This document shows, one piece after another, positions 12,440 to 26,259 of a stretch of DNA of 64,000 nucleotides. Under the pieces are notes generated by a model that saw only the letters and a list, made by a program, of their open reading frames with translations, was not told the origin of the DNA and made no database searches. The DNA lies in contig OX597815.1 in assembly GCA_951406725.2 (NCBI GenBank), forward strand, positions 46,066,001 to 46,130,000. Direction: 5' to 3'. A program made the position numbers and the translations under genes. The stretch's first letter is position 1. Every line of letters begins with the position of its first letter. This stretch comes from Octopus vulgaris (lineage: Eukaryota).

Positions 12440-12899
12440 CAGTACATATATAATAAAAAAAAAAAAAAAATAAAAAAAAAAGATTCTTCTTTGAATTTAA
12501 TATCTATGGTCTCAGATCTCTTGAAAACATATATGTGCTGAAGCGACCTCTGAAACTGAAACTTAGGTATATAGTTGTTGAAGTTGAACACCTGATTATC
12601 TCTTGCATTTATAATTCTAAGAAAATATATGTGTTTATATGCAGAATTTAGGGAACGAAACAAGTCGGTAACATGTCTAATTTCTCATTCTGTTCTACGT
12701 TACCGCATAGTTTAAGATATAAGCCTATTCTTCATAAAACTACTCTTCCAACTTTAACAGCTAAGATTTTATTAAATTATTATACACAAGGGACTTTACG
12801 GAAGAGATGATATATAAAAAAATAAAGTTTTTTATTTTAAATAAATAGTCCTGGACCTTTTTGATACCACCTCGTAAAATATGAAACAAATGAAGGTAA

Positions 12900-13510
12900 A
12901 GAGAGTAAAGAGGAAAATGAGGCTGTAGAGGTTTTGAAGGTGGGATATGAATTTAGCAGTGTTTCGAATGACATGGGCGCTTTAAAAAGCGGAAGAACGA
13001 CTCTGGAAGAGCGATGGGCAATCTAGAAGACCTGCCACATATGTCACCCTCGAAGATGTGATATTGTGCATCAAAAATTCGTCCCCCCAGAGCCTGACCG
13101 TCAATCGAGAGTTCTACCGCGACTTTTTGAAGCGCTTGAAGGAGGACCTTCTATGAAAGCGACCGGATCTGTGGAGTGTGAACAATGGGATTCTTCACGC
13201 CTACAATGTCTCCTGTTACTGAGCTGTCCTCACTCGTGCGCTTCCCGCCAAAACAGCATGGTATCGCTTCCGCACCCGCCCTATTCACCAGATTTAGCAC
13301 TTGCCAGCTTCCATCCCTTCCCCAAGATGAAAATGCAGCTCAAAGGTCACCATTTTAACACCGTTGTCGAGATCCAGAGCAAATAGCAGAAGGTCTTCGA
13401 CTCGCTTACGGAAACGACAGATTCCATAAGTGGCAGGAACGCTGGGACCGGTGTATTGCTGCGCAAGGTGACTGTTACGGAAGAGATGATATTAAAACCT
13501 AGGTAAATAA
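12900..13510 (+). mobile_element. Internally deleted, decayed mariner transposase
   Basis: FKSGRTTLE, HQKFVPP, LPHPPYSPDLA, FPKMKMQLKGHHF, KWQERWDRCIAAQGD. Confidence 0.9.
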
Positions 13511-14256
13511 TTTTTGTTGTTACAAATCATTTGTGTGAGATTTTGTTTTTATCTATCTATATATATTCCACACTACAATCTATATTGGTAAAAGACAAAG
13601 GAAATTTAAAAATATATAAAATTACTTAAAATTATATGCATATGTGCACACAATTAGATGGCCGTTGACTCTCATGAGTTCCTCCGCCCTTTAATGGATC
13701 TTGTTTTTCCTCCCGTAGTGTTGTTCAAAATCCTCCCCCTTACCAGCTTGGTGGGGGTTACCGGTTCAGTCGCCAACGATCCGACCATGTGACAGGTTGT
13801 ACTGGGTTACATACAGTAGCACTCATAACAATAATACATAATAATAATAATAATAATAATAATAATATATATATAAATGCATAAACACATATGTGGCCAT
13901 GTAAAGCTATACTCAGAGGATTTCCAATCGTGCGGGTCTCGTTTTGGTTTCAAGCGGAGTACATCAAAGAATACATTATCCATTATGGTCTCGTGCTGTT
14001 GTCAGACAGCGGTGAATCATTTGTGTGAGATTCGGTTGCTATTTTTAGCAGGAATATCTTGCAGTATTTCCCACCCTTCGTCATCGTTATTGGTAGCTAT
14101 AGTGGTGGTGGTGATGATGGAGATGGTGCTGGAGGTAATAAGAGAAGTAGGAAAGTAATTCTAATATCACACAGAGGTAATTTTAATAATAGTAACAACA
14201 ATGACGACGACGTCGATGATGATGGTGATAATAATAATAATGATAATAATAATAAT

Positions 14257-14362
14257 GCATGTGCCTGGTGCACCCTTATCAGACGGGTAGTCATGACGGG
14301 TGTATTTGGCTTCATATATTGTACTCATGTGTCACTTTGATGGAATGCACTGCTCACTCACT

Positions 14363-14363
<1 letters not shown>
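14257..14363 (+). mobile_element. 5'-truncated copy of the (AAT)n-targeted non-coding element (duplicate at 16795-16902)
   Basis: Matches the last ~105 bp of 17868-18420, with AAT repeats on both sides. Confidence 0.8.
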
Positions 14364-14399
<36 letters not shown>

Positions 14400-14606
14400 T
14401 TCTATTAAAGGCATAAGGCCTCAAATTTGGTAGGAGGGGACTAGTCGATTACATCGACCCCAGTGTTTCACTGGTACTTAATTTATCGGCCTTGTAAGAA
14501 TAAAAGGCAAAAGTCGAGCTCGATGAAATTTGCAATCAGCGTAGGTCGGGCGAAATGCCGCTAAGCATTTTGCTTGGCGTGCTAACGATTCTACCAGCCA
14601 GCTGCC

Positions 14607-14607
<1 letters not shown>
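14400..14607 (-). mobile_element. SINE family A
   Basis: GTCGATTACATCGACCCCAGTG...GAAATGCCGCTAAGCATTTTGCTTGGCGTGCTAACG. Confidence 0.8.
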
Positions 14608-14673
<66 letters not shown>

Positions 14674-14689
14674 TAAAAATAAAAATAAA

Positions 14690-14721
<32 letters not shown>

Positions 14722-14725
14722 TAAA

Positions 14726-15115
<390 letters not shown>

Positions 15116-15184
15116 AATAATATTAATAATAATAACAACAACAACAACAACAACATCATCATCATCATCAACAACAACAACAAC

Positions 15185-15228
<44 letters not shown>

Positions 15229-15239
15229 TAATAATAACA

Positions 15240-15425
15240 ATCCCTTCTACTATAGGCACAAGACCTGAAATTTGGGGGAGGGGGAAATTCAATTACCTCG
15301 ACTGATGTTTCACCAGTACTTAATTTATCGACCCCGAAAGAATGAAAGGCAAAGTCGTCCTTCCTGAAATTTGAACTCAGAACATAAGTAGGACGGCCGC
15401 AACAGGCTAACAATTCTATCTCCCC
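15240..15425 (-). mobile_element. SINE family A, decayed
   Basis: AGTACTTAATTTATCGACCCCGAAAGAATGAAAGGCAAAGTCG...GAAATTTGAACTCAGAAC. Confidence 0.75.
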
Positions 15426-15471
<46 letters not shown>

Positions 15472-15799
15472 CCCTGATGCAGTACCAGGCAGTGGCTCTC
15501 ATGGCTTCTGATCTTAACTGATTGGAAGTGTTATCATGTACATTGTTTTGTCTTGGTATAAAAGATGGGCTACAGCAAAAAATAAAATGAGCTTTCCCGC
15601 GGGACCTTAACCAGTTGAGCATGTCTCTTAGTGGCTGACGATATGTGCATCTCTGATCACGAGCAGAAGTAGTGGGGAGCATCATAGCCATGTGGTGAGA
15701 GGGATTCTTTGGGGTTTGAATAATTCACCTCTGGAAACATGGGTGGTTCTTTCAGCATCCTTAAACAACCCTTATTCAGGGACCTTTTGAGCGGGATAT

Positions 15800-16028
15800 A
15801 TTTTAACACCGTTGTCGAGATCCAGAGCAAATAGCAGAAGGTCTTCACGACTCGCTTACGGAAACGACAGATTCCATAAGTGGCAGGAACGCTGGAACCG
15901 GTGTGATTGCAAATAGCGCAAGGTGACGACGACATTATTACGGAAGAGATGATATTAAAACCTAGGTAAATAAGTTTTTTTGTTATCAAACGTAATTAGT
16001 CCTGGACCTTTTTGATACCACCTCGTAT
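15800..16028 (+). mobile_element. mariner 3' end with TIR (duplicate of 13352-13510)
   Basis: Ends TAGTCCTGGACCTTTTTGATACCACCTCG followed by TA. Confidence 0.8.
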
Positions 16029-16145
16029 ATATATATATTTCCAGTTTTACATACAGAAGTACAATCTATGCGTATTAAAAGACAAAGGAAATTTAAAAAT
16101 ATATAAAATTACTTAAAATTATATGCATATGTGCACACAATTAGA

Positions 16146-16328
16146 TGGCCGTTGACTCTCATGAGTTCCTCCGCGCTTAATGAGATCTTGTTTTCCTCCC
16201 GTAGTGTTGTTCAAAATCCTCCCCCTCACCAGCTTGGTGGGGGTTACCGGTTCAGTCGCCAACGATCCGACCATGTGACAGGTTGTACTGGGTTACATGT
16301 TCCAGTAGCACTCGAAGGCGACCAGACA
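16146..16328. repeat. Unclassified GC-richer interspersed repeat (also 13659-13822, related fragment near 3835-3875)
   Basis: GACTCTCATGAGTTCCTCCG versus CAGCTCTCATGAGAACCTCCG at 3842. Several internal hairpins. Confidence 0.5.
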
Positions 16329-16901
16329 CACATACACACGTACATCACGCACACACACACATACATTCATACATTACATATACACACGCGCATATATATA
16401 TTTGTGTGTGTATATGCATAACAGACATATGTGGCCATGTAAAGCTATACTCAGAGGATTTCCAATCGTGCGGGTCTCGTTTTGGTTTCAAGCGGAGTAC
16501 ATCAAAGAATACATTATCCATTATGGTCTCGTGCTGTTGTCAGACAGCGGTGAATCATTTGTGTGAGATTCGGTTGCTATTTTTAGCAGGAATATCTTGC
16601 AGTATTTCCCACCCTTCGTCATCGTTATTGGTAGCTATAGTGGTGGTGGTGATGATGGAGATGGTGCTGGAGGTAATAAGAGAAGTAGGAAAGTAATTCT
16701 AATATCACACAGAGGTAATTTTAATAATAGTAACAACAATGACGACGACGTCGATGATGATGGTGATAATAATAATAATGATAATAATAATAATGCATGT
16801 GCCTGGTGCACCCTTATCAGACGGGTAGTCATGACGGGTGTATTTGGCTTCATATATTTGTACTCATGTGTCACTTTGATGGAATGCACTGCTCGCTCAC
16901 T

Positions 16902-16944
<43 letters not shown>

Positions 16945-16991
16945 TTCTATTAAAGGCATAAGGCCTCAAATTTGGTAGGAGGGGACTAGTC

Positions 16992-17054
<63 letters not shown>

Positions 17055-17104
17055 TAAAAATAAAAAATAAAAATAATAATAATAATAATAATAATAAAAA
17101 TAAA

Positions 17105-17221
<117 letters not shown>

Positions 17222-17786
17222 CCTCTCAAGTACGAAATAGCCCGACTATGGAAAATGAAGGGGAATTATCGTTGGGTCCTCGGGAACAATATCAGAAGGC
17301 ATCAAGATGAATATAAAGGAAATTGGAATAAAGTACCCAGTAGAACTGTTACAAAAAGTTTGCTTCCTTGACACAACCAGAATAATCAGGAAAGTATTAG
17401 ATAGCTGAAAAGAACGAATTATATGGTACCGTAGGCTGCAGGTGGTAATCCCGTTACGCATGCAAGACTTCAGGTGTTCCAAGAAAGCCTGTGATAAAGA
17501 GAAATAATATTAATAATAATAACAACAACAACAACAACAACATCATCATCATCATCAACAACAACAACAACAACAATAATAATAATAATAATAATAATAA
17601 AATAATATAATAAGATAATAATAACAATCCCTTCACACACAAGACATGGTTGTGCGTGTGTGTGTGTACTCAATTTCCTAGTGCACCAGTATTAATTTAT
17701 GGAAAGAATAAAGGCAAATTCCTTCCGAAATTTGAACTCAGAACATAAGTAGGACGGCCGCAACAGGCTAACAATTCTATCTCCCC

Positions 17787-17849
<63 letters not shown>

Positions 17850-17867
17850 CATAATAATAATAATAAT

Positions 17868-18420
17868 GCCCTGATGCAGTACCAGGCAGTGGCTCTCATG
17901 GCTTCTGATCTTAACTGATTGGAAGTTTTATCATGTACATTGTTTTGTCTTGGTATAAAAGATGGGCTACAGCAAATATTCTGCTCAATCCCACAGATTT
18001 GCTTGTCAGTTGTTTGACCTTAACCAGTTGAGCATGTCTCTTAGTGGCTGACGATATGTGCATCTCTGATCACGAGCAGAAGTAGTGGGGAGCATCATAG
18101 CCATGTGGTGAGAGGGATTCTTTGGGGTTTGAATAATTCACCTCTGGAAACATGGGTGGTTCTTTCAACATCCTTAAACAACCCTTATTCAGGGACCTTT
18201 TGAGCGGGATAGGCTACTCAACCTGAAGAAAATTCTAACTGGGCCCCACCTGCAGGGTCATGTGCTGTTTATCTTAATATGAGATCACCATGTCGCGCAC
18301 ATATGGTTGTGATGCATGTGTCTGGTGTACCCTTATCGGACGGGTAGTCATGATGGGTATATTGGGGTTCGTATATTTTACCCCAGTGTCACTTTGATGG
18401 CATGCACTGCTCTCTCACTC
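17868..18420 (+). mobile_element. ~550-bp non-coding (AAT)n-targeted element, full-length copy (partial copy 15471-15798)
   Basis: GCCCTGATGCAGTACCAGG...CTCTCTCACTC with (AAT)n on both sides. A second full copy is at 30558-31101 on the minus strand. Confidence 0.88.
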
Positions 18421-18444
18421 AATAATAATAATAATAATGCTATA

Positions 18445-18655
18445 TGGCATTTGAGATGGCAGAACTGTTAGTGTGTCGGACAAAATGATTAGCATCATGT
18501 CTTCCAGCTCTTTACGCTCTGAGTCCAAGCTTCACCGAAGTCGATTTTGCCATTTATCCTTTCACGGTTGATAAAATAAAATACCAGCCATATATACTGA
18601 GGCCGATGCAATTATCTACCATTCCTTCCAAATTTCAGGCTTTCTGCCTGTAGCT
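18445..18655 (+). mobile_element. SINE family A, old and decayed
   Basis: GATGGCAGAACTGTTAGTGTG...GTCGATTTTGCCATTTATCCTTTCACGGTTGATAAAATAAAATACCAG. Confidence 0.65.
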
Positions 18656-19042
18656 GAATGAGTTATTATTATTGTTATTGACGATGATGATAATTATGAT
18701 AATGATGAGGATGATAAGGTCATGATGACGACAACGACGATGTTTATATTTGCTACAAAACAACGTAAATGTATACAAGCCGCTTAATTTCCCTTGTGAA
18801 GAGAAATACTTTTGAGGGGCGTGCAAAAAATACAAAGGCTATATATATATATAAACACATGTATATATATGCATACATATATGCATTTATACACACGTAT
18901 ATGTATACATACATATGTATATATATCTGTGTATGTATATATATGTATGTGTGTATATATATATATGAATATATGAGTATATATGTATGTGTGTATATAT
19001 ATATATGAATATATGAGTATATAAATATGCATAAATATACAC

Positions 19043-19090
<48 letters not shown>

Positions 19091-19117
19091 TTGTATATAT
19101 ATATATACATGTATATA

Positions 19118-19202
<85 letters not shown>

Positions 19203-19660
19203 GCATGTATACGTGACAATGAAAAATAAATAGATAAATAAACAGAGGAACGAGAAAGAAAAAAATGGCTAAACAACCAATAAACAAAGAACAAAATAAA
19301 TGCATGACACCGAATGCAACAAAAATAATTGAAATATCAAAATATGTATATTTTCTTTGGGAAATGAAAATAATAAATGTCTGCACCCTGATGCTACCCT
19401 TATGCACACCAGCCTCTCCCGATACGTACGTACTTACATACAGCATATTACATTATATATACCCACTTTACCCTCTTAATTAAGGCAACAATCATTGCGA
19501 TAATAGCACAAATAAAAACACGTCTGTGGGAGAGTTGTTTAGAGAACAGCAAAGTCAACGAGGAAATCAGTTGTTATTATGGCAGCAGGGTTTCCGCTTT
19601 GTTAGACATACATACGTGCGCACGCACACAAGGCACGCAAAGCACACGTATACACACACA

Positions 19661-19694
<34 letters not shown>

Positions 19695-20004
19695 ACACAC
19701 ACACACACACGTACGCACGCATGTACACATATGCATAGACTCACGCACACAAGCACACATACACAAAAACACACATATGTGTGTGCTGGGTACATGTGTG
19801 TATTTCTATAGGTATGAATATCACACACACAAACGCACGCACGCACACACACACAAACATATACACTTATATACATACATGTATATATGTACATACATAT
19901 ATATATATACATTTATATGCATATATATATATACATACACATATATACATATATACATATATGCATACATATAGACACATTATATATATGTGTATACATA
20001 TATG

Positions 20005-20047
<43 letters not shown>

Positions 20048-20592
20048 ATATATATATATATATGTGTGTGTGTATGTATATATATGTCTCTCTCTCTCTA
20101 TATATATATATATATGTATATATATGTGTGTGTATATATGCACGTACATATGTGTATGTGTGTGTGTGTGTATTTATATATATATGGAACAGCTTTTTAT
20201 GTAGATGTAATGCACCGTAGACACGACTATGTTCTAGTTTTATGGGATTATTTTATTTATATTCCACAAAATTCCACACAAAAATAGACAATTAATAATA
20301 ATAATAAATAAAAAAAAACAAAACAAACGAAGCACAATGCTAAAATAAACACACGTGACATACATTGGAAAGAAGAGAAAAGCAAGAATAAACACCTGAG
20401 GGATGACGTTGAACATCAAAACAGCGTTAACGGTCAAAATTCAAATTCCAGCGGTAACGTATACGTTCAGCACATTGTTCCAACATTCTACATACGAAGA
20501 AACCTCTACATACGATGACAATATTCTATCTTGGAGTTGAGACTACGAAGCTGAAGAAATTTTATATATATATATGTATATATATATACGTA

Positions 20593-20857
20593 GGTGCGTG
20601 CTGGGGTCGTTGCGTGGAAGGAAGTTTGTTTCTCAATCACATGATTCTGGGTTCAGTCCCATTGTATGGCATCTAGGACAAGTGTCTTCTTCTATAGCCT
20701 CGGGGCGACCAAAGCCTTATGAGTGGATTTGGTAGACGGAAACTGAAAGAAGCCTGTCGTTACAATAGGTAGCAGGCTGAAGCCGATTTATCTGACTAAA
20801 CCCTTTGAGTCGGTGCCCTAGCATGGCTTGCAGTCCAATAACTGAAACAAGTAAAAG
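20593..20857 (+). mobile_element. SINE family B, internally deleted
   Basis: GGGTTCAGTCCCATTG...GAGTGGATTTGGTAGACGGAAACTGAAAGAAGCC...ACTGAAACAAGTAAAAG. Confidence 0.8.
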
Positions 20858-21055
20858 ATTACACACACACACACACACTCACACACATATACATGGTGTG
20901 TGCGTGTGTGTGTGTACTCAATTTCCTAGTTACCAGTATTTATGTTATGGAATTCATGAGGATAAAAGGCAAATTCAACCGCAGTTTAATGTGAACTGAG
21001 AACATGAAGGAACCCTACTAAATACAGTAAACATTTTCTACGGCACCTGGGGACG

Positions 21056-21156
21056 GTAGTAGTAGTAGTAGTAGCAGCAGTAGTAGTAGCAGTAGTAGTA
21101 GTAGTAGCAGCTGCAGCGGCAGTAGTATTAGTAGCGGTAGTAGTAGTAGTAGTAGC

Positions 21157-21188
<32 letters not shown>

Positions 21189-21211
21189 TAGTAGTTGTAG
21201 TAGTAGTGGAG

Positions 21212-21246
<35 letters not shown>

Positions 21247-21590
21247 TATAATTGTAGTTATAGTTATAATTGTAGTAGCGGTGCTCGTTCTAATGGTGTC
21301 AGCAGTGTTCGTTCTAGTGATGTTGATGAAGATGATGATAGTGTTGGTGTTGTTGTTGTTGTTGTTGTCGGTGGTGGATATGGTAGTGATGATATTAGTG
21401 GTGTTGACGATTCTTCTAACACTGATGGTCATAAGGATAACTTCTTTCATAATAATAGGCGCTGCGGCGGCGGTGACGGTGGCGTTGACGACAATGGAGA
21501 TGATGATGATAATGCTGTTGCTGATGATGATGTTGCTGATGCTGGTGCCACTGCTGCTGATGACAATGATGGCGATGGCGATGGTGACGG
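21056..21590. repeat. Compound trinucleotide tract (GTA/GCA/GTG/GAT/GTT)
   Basis: Directly visible 3-bp periodicity. Confidence 0.9.
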
Positions 21591-22526
21591 TATTTAGGGA
21601 ACGTGAAGTCGATGTGAAAACATCTTTCAGTGTCAGTCCGTCTACACAAACGATACATATGGTACGGAAGATTGCACCCCGAATGGGCCCTGCTGGGATT
21701 TTGGACGATATTTGTCACATGTGTTGATATTAGAACTGATATTGCTATTTCAGTTGTTGTTGCTGTTGTTGTTAGTGTTTCTGACCTAGTTGTTATCGTT
21801 AGCTAAGTTAATATCAAACTCGGTCCTTTGTACAGTTTTGTGCTCGTACTCTCATGTTGCAGTGTTATCGCACCAAAGTTGACCTTTAACGTTGCTGAAA
21901 GTGTTAGCGGGTCGTTGAAATATTACTGTAGAGTTTCTGATTGTCTAGAAAAAAAAATGGGGGAGTAATCCAGCCTGATTTAGTCTATTTCTCAGCATCT
22001 AAGACCTGTAGAGACTCTAAGTACGAAAATTAAAAACACGTAAAGAAAGAAAGTGAAAAAGTATAGTCGTAGGTATGGCTGCATTGTTTAAAAAAACTCA
22101 GCGTTTTAAGACTTCTAATATAAATCTGGGTCGACCAGTTTTGTGAATTAAATTGATAGAATCTGTGTGGAAATACATCGTATGTGCATGTGTATCTTTG
22201 TGTCTGAGTTTGTTTCCCCCTACCGATTGACAACTGGTGTTGCTGTTCACCTCTCCGTGACTTAGTGGCTCGACAAAAGAAAAAAAACCCCAAAACTCAA
22301 AAGAAAACCAACAGAATAAGTACCAGACTTAAAAGAATAAATAAATACTGAGGTTGATTTATTCGTCTTAAACTCAACATGGTAGCCCATCATGGCCGCA
22401 ATCCAATGACTGAAACAAGTAAAAGAAAAAAAAAGATATTTCAACTGGGGACATTTCAACAGATTCATTTGTTGGGAGATTACTAGCTTCCCCAGTAAAT
22501 AAGAGATCTCTGAAATATATATATAC

Positions 22527-22910
22527 TTTTTTACTTGTTTCAGTCATTTGACTGCGGCCATGCTGGAGCACCACCTCAGTCGAGCAAATCAAATGAACCC
22601 CAGGACTTATTCTTTGTACGCCTAGTACTTATTCTATCGGTCTCTTTTGCCGAACCGCTAAGTTACGGGGACGTTAACACACCAGCATCGGTTGTCAGGC
22701 GATGTTGGGGGGACAAACACAGATACACAAACAAATACACACACATACATATATATATATACATATATACGACAGGCTTCTTTCAGTTTCCGTCTACCAA
22801 ATCCATTCACAAGGCTTTGGTCGGCCCGAGGCTATAGTAGAAGACACTTGCCCAAGGTGCCACGCAGTGGGAATGAACCCGGAACCACGTGGCTGGTAAG
22901 CAAGCTACTT
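22527..22910 (-). mobile_element. SINE family B, near full length
   Basis: Reverse complement of the 46108 element. Confidence 0.9.
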
Positions 22911-23017
22911 TGGAGTTGGTTTGCAAGACGTAACGAAAATTTTAGGAAAATGAAAATAAGAAATGAGTGTGTTAAATTTTAAGCACAAAAAGAAAATGAC
23001 TCTCCCCAGGCACAACA

Positions 23018-23061
<44 letters not shown>

Positions 23062-23192
23062 TTTAACAATTATACCGAATCATGTTGGCTGCTTATAATG
23101 TCCTGGAAAAAAATCAAACAAAACAATGAAACTTGTAATACTTGCAATATATCAACATATATATGCTCATTGAAATGTCTGAATCTAATTTA

Positions 23193-23380
23193 TATGTGTG
23201 GTCTGATCAATAAGTATCCGGACTGTTGTCATAGTAATGATGCTAAAGCACACAGAGTAAAGCTGCTTGGCACGAATAGACCTTGAACTCTGCTGTGCAT
23301 GCGCACCAAGTTTTAACGTTCTAGCTCACTTCCGCTGTTTACAACAGTGCTTGGAAGGAAGGTGTATAGCGTGTGATTGC
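23193..23380 (+). mobile_element. Probable mariner-type terminal fragment
   Basis: TGTGGTCTGATCAATAAGTATCCGGACTG resembles mariner TIRs. No coding remnant recognised. Confidence 0.45.
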
Positions 23381-24084
23381 TACAAAGTATTTAGTAATAA
23401 ACGAAGTACTTATATATAAGAAAATACACTGAGGCCTAATATATTCTCTTCTTGATAATGAGACTGTGAAAGTCTAGAAACCTCGAATATGGATTTAGGA
23501 ACTTTACTCTTCCAAATCAAGTCTAAAAATGCTACGAAAATATGAAAAAAAATGAAATAAAACAATAAATACATGTGTATATGTTCCTATGTGTGTCTTG
23601 AGAGAGAAAGAGAGAGAAAAAAGAAAAATTAAAAAAGAGAGAAAAAAGAAAAAAGAAAAAGAGAGAGAAGAAAGAAAAAAGAAAAAAGAAAGAGAAAGGT
23701 TCATCATAAGAGAATAGGCAGTGCTTATGCTCTTCTTTTATATAAGTTCTGGAAATGACAGGGAGAAAAGGAGGAGGACGTTTGATATTCCATGGCAGGA
23801 ACATTCGGATCCGAATGAAGAAGCCATTCTTCGCTAAAGACACCCAGTATCCGGGTGAAGACAGCAAGACGTCTTGTTAATATTTAACCACAGGACAAAT
23901 CTTGTTAATGTTCAACCACAGGACAAGCATACTTCAGCAATAAGATTTATGAACAAAATCCTTCCTGCCATAGCAATCCCACCTTGATAGTGATATTTAG
24001 AATTACAGTTTCCAGTGTCGCCTTCTCTTAACTTAGTAACTGTTTATTTGGGAGAGATCATACTTGTGTGTGAGTGCGTGTATA

Positions 24085-24148
<64 letters not shown>

Positions 24149-24614
24149 AACACACACACACATATGGTAATTAAATGATGACTACATGCTCCCTACAAGT
24201 TCAGAATCCCCAGAGGTAAGGCAGCTCCTCTAGATGAAAGATGCTCTGACATAAAACTTGAAGTCAAAAAAGTAGCAGCCATCTTGCGATGCTTGTCACT
24301 GAAAACTGTTATGGCGACCGAGAGAGTGGTAAAAGTGTTGTATAAGTGTTTGTCACTTAAATCCAGTAGCGTGCAAATGTTTCACTATCATTTCATGTCT
24401 TGATCCATTTATATTTTATAGTTTTATAGCAATGGATGCGTGGCGTGAAAAGTTATATCCGCAGACGAACAATCAAGCTGAATGTGAGACGGCTATCATC
24501 TGACAAAATGAGGCAATCATCATTTATATACATGTGTGTGTGTGCGCGCGTGCGCGTGCGTGTGCGTGTGCGCGTGTGTGTGTGTGCGTGCGCGTGCGTG
24601 TGTGTGTTGCCTGG

Positions 24615-24778
24615 TGTTTGCGCGCCTTGCAAAATGCATTGCAGCATTTCGTCCGTGTTACGTTTTGAGTTCAAATTCCGCCGAGGTCAACTTTGCCTTT
24701 CATTCTTTCGAGGTCGATAAAATAAGTACTAGTTGAGTTCCGGGATCGATGCAATCGACTAGGCCATTCCGCAAAATT
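24615..24778 (+). mobile_element. SINE family A
   Basis: GAGTTCAAATTCCGCCGAGGTCAACTTTGCCTTTCATTCTTTCGAGGTCGATAAAATAAGTAC. Confidence 0.85.
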
Positions 24779-24833
24779 ATATCTGATGAGACCGGTGCCT
24801 CTTATACACGCACGAAACTTTAAGTCATGCGGA
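24779..24833 (+). ncRNA. Decayed hammerhead ribozyme-like motif
   Basis: AT-CTGATGA-GACCGGTGC...GCAC-GAAA-C-TTTAA-GTC-AT. Stem III loop is identical to that of the 42454 motif. Stem II lacks part of its 3' strand. Confidence 0.55.
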
Positions 24834-24926
24834 GCAAAGTTAAACAGTGTCATTAAAATATATGTAATTCTTACCAAGTGCGTTGACTTGTTACTTTCCT
24901 TCGTTTGTTCTCTCAGTCACATGTAC

Positions 24927-24978
<52 letters not shown>

Positions 24979-25328
24979 CGGGTTGTGCGACCACAGAAAG
25001 TATCCCTTATTGGTTAGCTATATTGATGTTGTGTTCATCTTGTTGATTTACATATTGTTATTGCAGGTTTTCCTCCTTCCACCACCCTGCCCATGAATAT
25101 GCATGTGTGCGTCTATTGATAGTAAATCAACACTAGGTGCTAGAGCTGAATTAACCGGAAATAAGTCTGCGCCCAACTCTCAGCGAAAAAGTGTTCCTTT
25201 GTTGCAGTATGATGTGTTGTGCGTGCTGCGTGCTGTATGCATATGTATCTATGTCTACGCTCTATGCATGTGTATTTATGTGTATGTCTGTGTGTCTATG
25301 TTAATCTACGTGCATGTGTGTGTGTGTG

Positions 25329-25367
<39 letters not shown>

Positions 25368-25504
25368 ATGTATGTATGTGTGTGTGTGCTTGTGTCTGTG
25401 AAACAGACCGAACTGATTTAACATATTGTGTTACCAATGACCGCCTTCCACAACATGCCAAACAGTGAATGTGTCTGAGGAAGCAGAGAAAAGGTAAATT
25501 GCAT

Positions 25505-25537
<33 letters not shown>

Positions 25538-25538
25538 G

Positions 25539-25591
<53 letters not shown>

Positions 25592-25736
25592 AACAAATAA
25601 ATGATAGAATATAGGAAAAATGAAAGAAAGGTGGTTGAGAATTAGGGAGAGAGTAAGAGAGTGGAGAATGACATGTAATAAGGAAAAGAACAAGAGGATT
25701 GATAGAAAATGAACGAGAAGGGTTTTTACAGGAGTG

Positions 25737-25774
<38 letters not shown>

Positions 25775-26210
25775 TGAGAGGTGAGAGAAAAAGAAACAAA
25801 TAGAGAGTGAGAGAGAGGAGAAACAAATGGAAAAGATTAAGGGAACGAAACTCTGTGTGTGTGAGAGAGAGAGACGGAAAGAGAGTAAAAGGGAGAGGAG
25901 ACATAGGGAGAGAGAGATAACAGAGAGAGAGGGGGGGGGCAAACGGAAAAGGAGAAAAAAGAAAAGGAAATAACAGGGAATGAGAAAGATAATGTAACAG
26001 GTATAGAGAAGGAAAGAGAGTGGAACAGAAATAGAGAGAGAGAAGCGAAAAAAGAGAGAGTAGAGAAAGGGAAGAAGAGAGTGTGAGAGGAAGAAAGAGA
26101 GAGGGGAAAGGAGAGAGGGAGAGGAAAGGAGAAATAGAAGTTTATAACAGAACGGTATATGGTAGGGAATAGAGAAAGAGATAATATAATAGGTAGAACG
26201 AGAGGGGGCA

Positions 26211-26259
<49 letters not shown>

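Noticed and set aside
13659-13720. HDV-like ribozyme (GGCCGTT...TTCCTCCGC)
   Set aside because: No P2 partner or J4/2 catalytic segment, and the P1 pairing is not kept in the duplicate copy.
20395-20432. CTGAGGG-ATG...CATC-AAAAC-AGC-GTT hammerhead-like string
   Set aside because: Both core boxes are mutated and there is no stem I.
23746-23880. Purine-rich stretch after TTCTTTTATATAAG that could be an exon
   Set aside because: Short, no recognisable protein similarity and no partner exons. RNA-seq would be needed.
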